Shown one piece after another: positions 24,090 to 37,339 of a stretch of 64,000 nt of DNA. Position 1 is the first letter of the stretch, and each line of letters starts with the position of its first letter. The DNA is from Mobula birostris (Eukaryota): positions 35,803,097 through 35,867,096 of the forward strand of contig NC_092397.1 of assembly GCF_030028105.1 (NCBI RefSeq), in the 5' to 3' direction. The notes beneath the pieces are model-generated. The model was not told where the DNA came from. It did no database searches and saw nothing but the letters and a program-made list of their open reading frames with translations. Position numbers and translations under genes: made by a program.

Positions 24090-26362
24090 GCATCAGAGGT
24101 CCCAACACACTAGGGCACTGCTACACCACGATCAGGAATGCCTGTTGTTGTTAAGTTGGATCATTTGACTGTACTCCTGCTACCTGCATACAGACAGAGA
24201 CTAAGGAACAAGGCTCCAGATATCCAGATAACCGAGGGGTGGTGTTGGGAGGCAGAGGAACGGTTACAGGATTGCCTTGAGTCAGCAGGCTGAGCCATGT
24301 TCAAGAACTCATCGAAGGACCTGAAGGACGACACCGGGGTCACTACAGACTTCAATAAAACAGCTGTGGAGGCGTGTGTCCCCACAAAATCATTCAAGGT
24401 TTTCCCAAATCAGAGGCTCTGGGTAAGCACTGAGATCTGGAACCAGCTGAGCACCAGATCAGATCCATTCAGGTCTGGAGATCAGGAATACTACAAGAGC
24501 TGCAGGTATGATCTGCGGAAAGCCATCTCTTGGGCAATGTGGAGATTCTGGAATAGAATGGAATAAAAGAGTGATGCTCAAGAGCTGTGTCAGGGTTTGA
24601 ATGCCAGAACCTCCTGCAAAGGTAAATCTCGTGACAAAGGGGACAGCAGAGCTTCGCTTCCAGACGAGCTCAATGCCTTCTATGCTCACTTTGGACAGGC
24701 AGAAGAGGAAGGAACCATCGCGCACCCCCGTGTCTCCCGATGGTCATTTGGTCTCAGTATCTGAAGATGACGTGCAGGCTGCCTTCAAGAGAGTGAATCC
24801 AAGGAAAGCATCCAGTCTGGATGGAGTTCCTGGCCGAGTACTGAAGACCTGTGCTGACCAGCTGGCTGGTGTATTCACGGATATCTTCAACCTCTCGATC
24901 TAGCAGTGTGTGGAACCCACCTACTTCAAGGAAACTTCAATCATATCGGTGCCCAACAGGAGCATGGCAACCTGTCTGAATGACTATTGCCCAGTGGCAC
25001 TTACATCCGCAGTGATGAAGTGTTTTGAGAGGCTGGTGTTGAAGCATATCAGCTCTTGTCTGAATGGTGACTTGGATCCTCTCCATTTCACCAACTGAAG
25101 CAACAGCAGATGCTGTCTCGTTGTCTCTTCACACAACTCTGGAACATCTGGACAGCAAAGGTGCAAACATCTGGATGCCCTTTATTGATTACAGATCAGC
25201 ACTTAACAATGTCATCCCCTCAAAACTGATCAGTAAACTCCCAGTCCTGGGCCTCAATACCCCCTTGTGCAATTGGATCCTGGATTTCCTCAGTTGCAAA
25301 ACCCAGTCAGTCGGATTGACAAGAAACATCTCCTCCACAGCACAGGAGTCCCACCCAGAGTGTGCTTTGCTCCCCGCATCCCCCCCCCCCCCCACACTCA
25401 CTTTACTCCGACAGTATGAATGTGTGGCCAAGTACACTTCCAACACCATTACAAGTTTACTGATGGCACAACTGTTGTGGGCTGTATCAAAGAGGGTGAT
25501 TAATCGGCATACAGGAAGGACTCTGAAAACTTCGCTGAGTTGTGTAATATCAACAACCTCTCACTCAATGTGGATGAGACCAAGGGACTGATTGTGACTT
25601 TAGGAGGGGAAACCCAGAGGTCCATGAGCCAGTAATCAAAGGACGATTAGAGGCGGAAAGGGTCGGTAACTTTGAATTTCTGTGTGTCACTCTCTGAGGA
25701 CCTGTCCTGAGCCCATCATATAAATATTATTGTGAAGAAGTCCCGACTGAACCTCTGCTTCCTCAGGGCACTCAGAGACTCAGCCGGTCATCGAAAACTT
25801 TGCCAAACTTCTATAAATGTGTGGCAGAATGTGTGCTGACTGGCTGCATTACGGCATGGTATAGGAACACCAATGCCTTTGAGTGGGAAATCCTACAAAA
25901 GGTAGCGGATTCGGCCCGGTATATCACGGGTAAAATCCTCACAACCACTGAGCACATCTACATGAAACATTGCCGTAGGAAAGCAGCGTCCATCAGCAAA
26001 GATCCTCACCACCCAGGCAATGCTCTTTTCTCACTGCTGCCATCAGGTAGAAGGTACAAGTACCTCAGGACTCGCCCCACCAGCTTCAAGAACAGTTACT
26101 ACCCCTCAATCATCAGTGTCCTGAACAAAAGGGGATAGATACACTCATGTCAGGACTGTTATATCGTTATTTCATGCTTGTTATTTATTGCTATTCATTT
26201 TTCTGCATTTACACAATTTGTTTACAGTTTATAGTTCCTCATATTTACAGTTCACGGTTACTGTTCTATAGATTTGCTAAGCATGCCCGCTGAAAAAGAA
26301 TCTCTGGCTATCTGTGGTGACACGTATGTACTGTGAGAATAAATTTTAATTTGATCTTTGAA
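24090..26362 (+). mobile_element. Rex1/Babar LINE ORF2, long degenerate copy
   Basis: [74 protein letters not shown]. Confidence 0.9.
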
Positions 26363-26683
26363 CTATATGGTGCCTTATGCGAAGTGTGATAACAACTTAC
26401 TTTGGATTAATATTTTGGCTTTGACAATATTTTTCCGTGACGTTTTTTTCCAGTGATCTAGTTCCAACATCCTTCATCCCAAATTATAAAAGATTATCCA
26501 CACAAAAATATACAAAATACAAACATGACATATTTATAAGATCGAAGAGCTAAATTATAATATGAATGTTACTGTGTATAACACACTCAATTCCAGGGAA
26601 TGGGGGAGTGGGTCAGCGTCCCAGGAAATCTCCCGCTCTCCCCATTCTGTTCACAATGGTGACAAGTTTTTCAGCTGCTCTGC

Positions 26684-26919
26684 TGATTGACAGCTCCCTC
26701 TGCCCCGCCTCCCCGGCTGCTGGTTTACTGTCACGTGACTCCATGCGATTGTTGACCCGTGGCACGCTGACGTCACAAAGCCCTACAGTCACCGTCGACG
26801 TTTCCGTGGAAACGGTCCAGTGCGGGAAGTCCGAGATGGTGGAGCCGGTCTCTGCTTGTTGGGGTTTCGGCTCCGCTGTGGGATCCGCCTCTCCTCTTCC
26901 TGCCCGCGGAACAGTGAGT
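26684..26919 (+). promoter_or_regulatory. CpG-rich promoter-like region with candidate first-exon splice donor
   Basis: TGATTGACAG 26684-26693, GC box 26703-26712, GTCACGTGAC 26730-26739, TGACGTCA 26768-26775, X-box-like GTTTCCGTGGAAAC 26800-26813, CGGGAAGT 26823-26830, donor GTGAGT 26914-26919; high CpG density. Confidence 0.7.
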
Positions 26920-27989
26920 GTCTGTCAGCGCCTCACTGCACCGGCTCTCTGCCTCAGGTACAATATTTAAAACATATTTGCACAGTCACATGGATGGGAA
27001 AGGTTGAGAGGGATACGGGCCTAATGCAGGCAGATGGACCGAGTTCAGGTCGACAACTTGGTCGGCGGGGATGAGTTGTACTGAAGGGACTGTTTCATTT
27101 CTGTATAAACTAGTGACTCTATTTTGGGAGTTAATTCCAGATGCCAGCTATTCTCTGTGTGAAATATTTACCCCTCAGATCCCCTTTAAATCTGTCTTTA
27201 AACAGTTTTGTCCGACTCTAATGAGAGGCAGTTCTTTGGCTGACAAGGCAAGTAGAACACACAATCCTGTCTGCCTGTGATGCCACATACAGGGAACTGT
27301 GTAACAATATCAGAGGCACATGCACAGGGGCTTCAGTGAGCAAGGCCCAGAGGGATATGAAACTAATGCAGGAAAGTGGGATTAGTACAGCTGTGCATGA
27401 TGGGGAACATAAATGTGATGGGCCGCAGGGTCTGTTTCTATCCTGTACAACCCTGACCACAGCAGTCCTCCACTGCAGTGGGGTTTGTCACCTTCATTCT
27501 CAGCTGTGAGCTTGTTCCACTGAACCCCTTACCCTCTGAGAAAATATTTGCACCCTCCCACTGTGACCAAGGTGTCAGACTTCTCTCCTAATATCACCCA
27601 GAATACTTCACCAAATTCCCAGACAAAAGTATTGTTACTGGTGCACAGGGAATGGCAGCATTTTGGTCACCTTTTGAGGGGGTTGGTTCAGTATGTGGCC
27701 ATTAGTACCTTTGTCCAACAAAAATCCATCGTACTGGGTTCTGAATGTTTTAGCTGAGTCCACCCTGAAGTTCTGTGTTCCAGATTCCCCCTGCACTTTC
27801 ACAGTCAGTGGTTTCTGCGTGTCTATACCGACCATTGAGAATCTGTCCCCACTAACTCAGCACTTGGTCTGTCTCCTACCCTGCCTTCGTGATTCAAATG
27901 CTCATCCAGATGGTCCTTAAATACCAGCCTGCACCACCCCCTCAGGCAGTGTGTTCCAGATTGCAGTCTCCCTCTGGGGAGAGAGGAAA

Positions 27990-30900
27990 TATAGAAAACC
28001 TACAGCACAATACAGGCCCTTCAGCCCACAAAGTTGTGCCAAACATGTAGCTACCTTTGAAATTACTATGGTTACCCATAGCCCTCTATTTTTCTAAGCT
28101 CCATGTACCTATCCAAAAGTCTCTCAAAAGACCCTATCGTATCGGCCTCTACCACCATTGCTGGCAGCCCATTCCACGCACTCACCATTCTCTGTGTAAA
28201 AAAAACTTACCCTGACATCTCCTCTGTACCTACTCCCAAGCACCTTAAACCTGTGCCCTCTTGTGGCAGCCATTTCAGCCCTGGGAAAAAGCTTCTGACT
28301 ATCTACACAGTTAATGCCTCGCATCATCTTATACACCTCTATCAGATCACCTGTCATCCCCCGTCGCTCCAAGGAGAAAAGGCCGAGTTCACTCAACCTA
28401 TTCTCATAAGGCATGCTCCCCAATCCAGGTATCATCCTTATAAATCTCCTCTGCACCCTTTATGTGGTTTCCACATCCTTCCTGTAGCGAGGCGACCAGA
28501 ACCGAGCGCAGTACTCCAAGTGGCATCTGACCAAGGTCCTATATAGCTGCAACATTACCTGTTGGCTCCTCAGTTCAATTCCAGGATTGATGAAGGCCAA
28601 TGCACCGTATGCCACCTGAACCACAGAGTCAACCTGCGTAGCTGCTTTGAGTGTCCTATGGACTCTGACCCCAAGATCCCTCTGGTCCTCAGAATGCCAA
28701 GGGTCTTACCATTAATACTATATACTCTCATCATATTTGACCTACCAAAGTGAACCACTTCACACTTATCTGGGTTGAACTCCATCTGCCACTTCTCAGC
28801 CCAGTTTTGCATCCTATCAGTGTCCCGCTGTAACCTCTGACAGCACTCCACACTATTCACAACACCCCCAACCTTTGTGTCATCAGCAAACTTACTAACC
28901 CATCCCTTCACTTCCTCATCCAGGTCATTTATAAAAATCACGAAAAGTAAGGGTCCCAGAACAGATCCCTGAGGCACACCACTGCTCACCGACCTCCATG
29001 CAGAATATGACCCGTCTACAACCACTCTTTGCCTTCTGTGGGCAAGCCAGTTCTGGATCCGCAAAACATTGTCCCCTTGGATCCCATGCCTCCTTACTTT
29101 CCCAATAAGCCTTGCATGAGGTACCTTATCAAATGCCTTGCTGAAATCCATTTGCACTACATCTACTGCTCTCCCTTCATGAATATGTTTAGTCACATCC
29201 TCAAAAAATTCAATCAGGCTCGTAAGGCACGACCTGCCCTTGACAAAGCCATGCTGACTATTCCTAATCATATTATACCTCTCCAAATGCTCATAAATCC
29301 TGCCTCTCAGGATCTTCTCCATCAGCTTACCAACCACTGAAGTAAGACTCACTGGTTAATAATTTCCTGGGCTATCTCTACTCCCTTTCTTGAATGAGGG
29401 AACAACATCCGCAATCCTCCGGAACCTCTCCTGTCCCCATTGATGATGCAAAGTTCATCGCCAGAGGCTCAGCAATCTCCTCCCTCGCCTCCCGCAGTAT
29501 CCTAGGTACATCTCATCCTGTCCCGGTGACTTATCCAACCTGATGCTTCCAAAAGCTCCAGCACATCCACTTTCTTAATATCTACATGCTCAAGCTTTTC
29601 AGTCTGCTGCAAGTCATCACTAAAATCATCAAGATCCTTTTCTGTAGTGAATATTGAAGTAAAGTATTCATTAAGTACCTCTGCTATTTCCTCTGGTTCC
29701 ATACACACTTTCCCACTGTCGCACTTGATAGGTTTTATCCTTTCAAGTCGTATCCTCTTGCTCTTCACATACTCGTAGAATGCCTTGGGGCTTTCCTTAA
29801 TCCTGCCCGCCAAGGCCTTCTCATGGCCCCTTCTGGCTCTCCTAATTTCCTTCTTAAGCTCATTCTTGTTAGCCTGACAATCTTCTAGATCTCTGACATT
29901 ACCTCACCCTCTGAACCTTTTGTAAGCTTTTCTTTTCTTCTTGTCTAGATTTACTGCAGCCTTGATTGGAACATACCTATGCAGAACTCCACACTGTTAC
30001 GTACCCCATAACTGGGTTGCCAAACCAGCAGAAATGGAACGCTTGTTGGAGTCTGTGATTACTAGGAACTATTAAATTTTTATTAAGGAAATAAGTAATA
30101 CAGTACACTAATTGCAAGGATATAAATGTAACAGGTTCGCAATGATAATACCCACATATACACAGAAATAGGGTAATAGGAATCAACCAAGCTCTATCGT
30201 AGTCTAGGGGTAAAATGATCAGTCTTAAGCAGAGTTCAGTTCAGTTTAGTGCAGTTCGAAGTAATCACTGTTGTTGTACCGTTGGAGGGAGGGAGGGAGG
30301 GAGAGAGATATATAGAGATGCAGTTGGTTTCGGGCAGATCTTTTGATATCTTCTGATCCCGCTGTGGTCACTGACTGTGGCCACTCTGTTCCGGATACGA
30401 TCGTTCTTCCGCAGTGAACCCGGCACTCAGGCAAGGGCGGACACACACCCTGAGAGCATCTGATCAATTCCCGCGAACCGGTCCTCCAAACTCCACCAAC
30501 TTGTGGGGGCACACTGCCCTTTCCAGGGTCTCGTGGCGTGTCTCGTGCCTCTTTTTATCCCCCTGTTGGGGTATCACCTGTCCATCAAACTTCAAACTAT
30601 TCAGGTTCAAAGCAAATGGTCTGTCAATATGTTTCTCCATTGTCTTCCATTATCTCTCTCATTAGCATCATCCGTCCGGTAGCTCTGCTTGGCGACACAC
30701 ATGACAACAGAAATATTCCCTGAACATTTGCCACATTTCTCCCGTACCTTTCCTTGAGAACATCAGTTCTCAATTTAAGCTTCCAAGTTCCTGCCTGATA
30801 GCCTCATAATTCCCCTTACTCCAATTAATCGCTTTTCTAACTTGTCTGTTCCTAGCTCTCTCCAATGCTATTGCAAAGAAGATAGAATTATGATCACTAT

Positions 30901-32555
30901 CTCTAAAACGCTGTCCCACTGAGAGGACTGACACCTGACCAGGTTCATTTCCCAATACCAAATCAAGTACAGTCTCTCCTCTTGTAGGCTTATCTACATA
31001 TTGTGTCAAGAAACCTTCCTGAACACACCTAACAAACTCCACCCTATCTAAACGCCAATCGATATTTGTGAAATTAAAATCTCCCACCACTACGACTCTT
31101 ATTCTTATCTGTTTCCCTATCTGCTCCTCGATATCCCTGTTACTGTTGGGTGGACTATGAAAAACACACAGTAGAGTAATTGACCCCTTACTGTTCCTAA
31201 CCTCCACCCACAGAGACTCCGTAGACAATCCCCCCATGACGTCCACCTTTTCTGCAGCCATGACACTATCTCTGATCAACAGTGCCACGCCCCCACCCCT
31301 TTGGCCTCCCTCCCTGTCCTTTCTGAAATATCTAAAACCTGGCACTTGAAGTAACCATTCCTGTCCCTGAGCCATCCAAGTCTCTGTAATGGCCACCACA
31401 CCATAGCTCCAAGTAGTGATACATGCTCTAAGCTCATCTGCTTTGTTCACAATACTCCCTGCGTTAAAATAGACACATCTCAAACCGTTGGTCTGAGCAC
31501 GTACCTTCTCTATCACTTGCCTGTCCTCCCTCACACACCGTCTCCAAGCTTTCTCTATTTGTGAGCCAACCGCCTCTTCCCCAGTCTCTTCAGTTTGGTT
31601 CCCACCTCCCAACAGTTCTAGTTTAAACTCTCCCCAATAGCAAACCTCCCCACCAAGATATTGCTCCCCGTGGGATTCAAGTGCAACTCGTCCTTTTTGT
31701 ACAGGTCACATCTGCCCCAAAAGAGGTCCCAGTGATCCAGAAATCTGAATCCCTGCCCCCTGCTTTAATCCCTCAGCCACGCATTTATCCTCCACCTCAA
31801 TTCTATTCCTATACTCACTTTCCCGTGGCACAGGCAGTAATCCCGAGATTACTACCTTTGCTCTCCTGCTTCTCAACTTCCTTCCTAACTCCCTGTAGTC
31901 CTTTTTCAGGACCTCCTCCCTTTTCCTACCTATGTCAATGGTAGCAATATGTACCACGACCTCTGGCTGTTCTCCAATCCACTGCAGGATATTTTGGACG
32001 TGATCTGAAACATCCCGGACCCTGGCATCTGGGAGGTAAACTACCATCCGTGTTTCTTTCCTGCATCCACAGAGTCGCCTAACTAAAGAGTCCCCTATCA
32101 GTACGGCCTTTCTCTTCCTTTCTCTGCCCTTCTGAGCCACAGGGCCAGACTCTGTGCCAGAGGCTCGGCTGCTGTTGCTTCCCCCAGGTAGGCTGTTCCT
32201 CCCCCCCAACACCCCCCCCCCAACAGTACTCAAACAGGAGTACTTATTGTACAGGGGGACAGCCACAGGGGTACTCTCTGGTACCTGACTCTTCCCCTTC
32301 CCTCTCCTGACTGTTAACCACTTGTCTGTCTCCTGTGGTCCCGGTTCGACCACCTGCCTATGACTCCCTTCAATCACCTCCTCGCTCTCCCTGACCAGAC
32401 GAAGGTCAACGAGCTGCAACTCCCGTTCCCTAACGCAATCCCTTGGGAGCCGCAGCTCGACACACCGGGTGCGGATATTCCCGTCCAGGAGGCTGGGAGA
32501 CTCCAGAACTTCCCACATCTGACACCGAGTACAGAACACCGGCCTCACACACATG
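27990..32555 (-). mobile_element. Near full-length CR1 LINE (ORF1 Cys-motif/esterase plus ORF2 endonuclease-RT), inactivated and interrupted by a solo LTR
   Basis: ORF1 CTRCQMWE, VLIGDSLVR, VVVHIAT.DI, VVISGLLPVP; EN YFNAGSI, AITETW, GDFN, SDH; RT ORF 28570..29352 with KFADDT; 3' tail at ~27990. Confidence 0.93.
29995..30706 (-). mobile_element. Solo LTR (same family as 157-1039), 712 bp
   Basis: Starts tgttacgtacccc.taactgggttgccaaaccagcagaaatgga, ends catgaCA; TSD ACAC (29991-29994) / ACAG (30707-30710); the CR1 rejoins across it. Confidence 0.8.
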
Positions 32556-33010
32556 CTTCCTTTGTCACATCTTTCTACCGATTTGTTACCATTCTTTACC
32601 AGCAGAGCCACGCCATCCCCATTGCCCACCTTCCTGTCCCTCTGATACGTGTAACCTTGGGCACTTAGCTCCCAACTACAAACATGCTTCAGCCGTGATT
32701 CAGTGATGGTCACAACATTAAACATGACAATCCATAACAGGGCAATAAGATTATCCACCTTATTTAGTAGACTCTGGGTATTGAGATATAACAGTTTGAG
32801 TACTGTATTTGCTACCATAATTGTTTCTGCATCCCTCATGCACTGATACTCACCCTGCTGGCTGCATTTATGTCCTATCATCTGCCTGCCCTTCCTGACT
32901 GCATGCTATCTTTGCTTTTTTACCATCTGTCCTATCTTGCATCCTTTCACGCCTGTTCCCACGCCCCTGCAAAATTAGTTTAAACCCTCCCCGACCGCTC
33001 TAACAAACCA
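32556..33010 (-). mobile_element. Second CR1 fragment (ORF1 end / endonuclease start)
   Basis: LKLLYLNTQSLLNK..VVTITES..RDRK..GVALLVK. Confidence 0.75.
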
Positions 33011-33804
33011 GCAGTATGCCCACAAGAAAACTAATCTCAGGGTTGCATATGGTGACAGAAATGTATTTTGATAATACATTTACTTTCAGCTTTGTACTTT
33101 GTAGTAGAGAGCCAGGTGTTGTACTGGTCTGTGTCCTCACTGGCCGGTGCTGTGCTCTGGCAACTCAGTGTGCTTGGTATACAGTGTCAGTGTTTCGACA
33201 GAAGTGTGTCCTTATTACACAATTGATCTTGTCCATCCTGGAGCTTGGAAGATTGACTGGCGACCAGAATGATTTTTTCAGACTATTATTGGGCAGAGAA
33301 TCATTCTGTGATCGTCGAGACTATTTGACCCGTCAAGTTAATACCAACTCCTGCTACAACATTTCCACGGTCCCATTCCCCACTCTGTTCCCACAGCTCT
33401 GCAGGTCATTTCCCCTGAAGGACCTGTCTAATTCCTCTTTGAACACTGGTTGTTCCTGCCACCACTCTGCTGAGTCCCATATTTCCCAAGGTGAAGTCAA
33501 GAATGTCCCCCTCCCTGGTGGACGACATATTGTTTCAGGAAACCTTAATGCTCCATCCAAGCCTCAGGGTGTAAGAGAATCCCAGTTACTCTGAGGAGAT
33601 ATTCACTCACCAAATCTACTCTGTTGTTTTTTACATCATCCCATAACCTGCTAACATATCTGTTTCTGTCTCTTACTGGCTATTGGGAGGCCTACAGTAT
33701 AACCCTATCATAGTGATTGCACTTTTCCTATTCCTGATTTCTACCCACATTGTCTTACTGGATGAGCCTCTGGGATGACCTTGACCTTGTGACATTCTGC
33801 ATGA

Positions 33805-34235
33805 TCAGTGTGTGTACTGGGCCAATGGCACCAACACGGGTGATGCCATCCGACTCAATAAACTGATTGGAAAGGCTGGCTCTGTTATAGGAGTCAAACT
33901 GGACACACTGGAGGCCGTGGTAGCAGAAAGGACCCTACGGAAAATCCTGGCAATTCTGGACAATGTTTCTCACCTTCTGCAGGCCACCTTGGCTGAACAG
34001 AGGAGCATCTTCTGTAACAGACCAAGACAACTCTGCTGCTCCAAGGAGCGCTGTATGAAGTCATTCTTACACTGGGCCATCAGGGTCAATAATGAGTCAA
34101 CCTATAGCTGGGGAAGTGATGACCCCCCCCCCCCACGTTAGACTGTTGGAGGTAACTTACTTTTTATTCTTTCTCTTGCTTCTCTTCTGATATTTGTAGA
34201 TGTGTGCACTTGTAATGCTGCTGAGACACTAATTT
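33805..34235 (+). mobile_element. Rex1-type LINE 3' fragment
   Basis: RLNKLIGKAGSVIG..ILDNVSH, homologous to 21333..21893. Confidence 0.8.
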
Positions 34236-34239
34236 ATCC

Positions 34240-36660
34240 ATTTGGAGTTACTTTCTGTGTTAATCCACATCCATCACTGCCAGATACTGACCTCTTACTC
34301 TTCCCATCACCTGTCCTGAAGGAGAGCCCAATGATCCATGTAACTAAAACCCTCCATCCTGCACCAGCTCGTGAGCCACACATATAACGGTACCACCTTT
34401 GTATTTCTTCCCTCGCTAGCAGGTGGCACTGGGATTTCCACCCCCCCCCCCCGACCACAGAGTTTCCACTTAACTTTTTCCCCAACTCCCTGAGCTCTCC
34501 TTGCAGGACTTTTCTCTTTTGTTCGTGCCAATATGGACCACTACCTCTGGCTGCTCACCCTGCCCTTTCAGAATGGCCTGTACTTGTACATTTCCATCCT
34601 CGACCCTGGTACCAGGGAGGTAATGCACCACTGTGCAGTCTCTCTCCTTACCACAGATACACCTGTCTGTGACCCCGGCTAAAGACTCCCCCTGTCACTG
34701 AGGCTCACTGAGAACACAGAACAGTACAGCACAGGAACAGACCCTTCTTCCCATGATGTCTGTGCTGAACATGATGTCAAATGAAACAAACCTCTTCTGC
34801 CTGCTTATAATTCATGTGCTTCAATTCTCTGAATACTCATGGGCTTGTCTAAAACCCTGTTAAATGTCATTATCATATCTGCTTCCACCACTCCCCATGG
34901 CAGCCCATACCCGGCCCTCACCACTCTCTGTACGGAATTAGAAATCTTACCTGTCCTAACGTCCACCTTTAAATTCTCACCCTGGCATTTTAAAGCTGCG
35001 CCTTCTCATATTTGATATTTCTACCCTGGCAAAATGATCCTGCCTGTTTACCTTGTCTACATCTCTCATAGTTTTATAATCTTCTGTCAGGTCTCCCCTC
35101 AGTCTCCTTCACTCCAGGGAAAACAGTCTCAGTCAGTCTGATCTTTCCTTGTAACTCAAGCCCCCAGTCCAGGTAACATTCCTGTGAATCGTTTCTGCAC
35201 CTTTCCAGCTTAATCACATCCTTCCTCTCATGTGACCAGAACTGCACAGGGTACTCCTGGTGTGGTGTCATTATTGATTTGTACAACTGTAATGTGATGT
35301 CCCAACTCCTCTCAGAGCCTTTGCTGATGAAGACAAGCATGTCGTGCTCCTTCTTCACCACCTTGTCTACCTGTCTTGGCACTTGCAGGGAATTACTTAC
35401 CTGTGCCCCAGGTTTCTCTTTCATCAACACTCCTCAGGACCCTCCATTCACTGGGTACGTCCTGACCTGCTTTAACTTCCCAAAATCCATCATTGTGCAC
35501 TTGTCTGTCACAGTAACACTTCTCTGTTTCTCTGCACCAACACCCCGTCAGTAAATGTCAATGAACCATTCACCTCTGAACCTTGGTCATATATGGTTTT
35601 ATGAACCACTCACTGCTCCCGTCTCTGTTTTGTTGTGTAGTTCAGCACCTCGACCCCTCTCTATTTCTCTCATTTACAATTTATCTCCACATAAATCATA
35701 GTCTGACTTTTGATTCCTCCTACCGTTCTACATGTCATCACACTTCACCACATTAAACTCCATTTACCAAGTATTCTACTCACCAGCTTCCCCATGTCCC
35801 ATTGAAGAGATGAAATGTCCAATCACAACATGTCCCCCACCACATTCCCTGTCATTGCCACCATGGATTCCTCACTCTCTGCCCCTCCTCCGGGTCATCA
35901 ATATCAATAATAAATCATTGACAATCCAGAACTGGTCACTGGGACACTCCACTAGTAATATCATCCCAGTCTGAAACAGACCTGTTATTCTGTCTCAGTA
36001 TGATGACCAGTCTTCAGTCAGTATTAACACACTTCCTTCCCAGTACTGAGCTCTGGTCTTGTGCACCAGCCTTACATGTGGCACCTTGGCAAATGGCTCC
36101 TGAAAATCCAAGAACACCACTTCTCCAACTTCCCCTGTAAAGTCTCAAATCTCTGGTATGTTAGTCAAACATGACTTAACATTCAACAGCCCAGGTTACA
36201 GGGTCCAAGACCAGGTTCCAGATGGACAGGGTGGTGAAGAGGCTTTTGGAACACTGGCCTTCAGTCAGGGCACCGAATATAGAAACTGGGATGAGATGTT
36301 GCAGTTGTACAACACATTGGTTTGGCCACATTTCGCAAATAGTGTTTAGTTTTTGTGACCCTGCTGTATGACAGACACCATTAAGCTGGAAAGAGTACAG
36401 GGGAGATTTACGGGGATGTTACTGGATCTCAAAGGATTTGTGGAAAGGTGTTTCGGATAATTTTCCCTGTAATGTTGGAGAATGAGTGCTGATATTGCAG
36501 AGGTGTATAAAATCATGAGAGACCTGGAAGCTGGAAATGGAAAGAGCTGCTAGGGGGAGTGGTTGAGTCAGGTACATTAAAAAGGCACTTGGACAGGTAG
36601 ATGGAAAGGAAAGGTTTTGAAGTATCTGGGCCAAATGCAGAGAAATGGGACAAGGAGGAG
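34240..36660. mobile_element. Mosaic of old CR1 fragments, both orientations
   Basis: LQLYKSI..QFW, LQLYNTLVWPH, esterase remnants and CR1 3' UTR remnants. Confidence 0.7.
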
Positions 36661-37339
36661 GATAACCTTCTTCATAATGTGGTGGTGAGGGGGTTACAGA
36701 CCACGAGCTCAGATGGGAACTTTGGTCATCGTGGAATCTGTGTGAACCTGACTGTAGACATTAAACTTTTCCAAATGATTTGTTATTTCTTGATAGATTA
36801 TCAACTCCAGTACCTGAAGTGAAGTTAACAGGACTACAGTTACCTGCTTTTTATCTTCCACCCTTCTTCAGCAATGGTTTTCAACTCCACTGGGACCTTT
36901 CTGTAACAGTGAGTTTTGACAAACTTTAATGTCTCTACTTTCTCTACAGACTTCCTGTGAAACCCTCCAGTGCAGGTCGTTGGGACCTGGTAAAGTTTGC
37001 TTTTAGTCCCATTAGTTTCTCCCTTGTGATGCCAATTGTTATACATTATGGCACAATGTTGAAATGTCACCGTTAGATATCTGTGGGATGTTTGCTGTGT
37101 CCCACTGTGAACACTAATGCAAATTACTGAGTTAACTTCTCTGCGTGTTCCTTGTTACTTTTAGCTTTTCACTGATTCCTAGAAAATCTCTGATTCTCTT
37201 GTGCACCACCAGCGCCTCTTTGTATGTTCTTTGATTTAATATTTCCTTGAATGCCTTTGACCACACCTCAGGATCTTGAGGCCACTCCTACCAATGTTGT
37301 CTTTCCCTCCCCCTTTCACCATCATTGTCCCTACATATA

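Noticed and set aside
31706-32881. 391-aa ORF, the longest in the window, as a novel endonuclease-esterase fusion
   Set aside because: It is an in-frame junction of two degenerate CR1 pieces (~32555) with damaged motifs.
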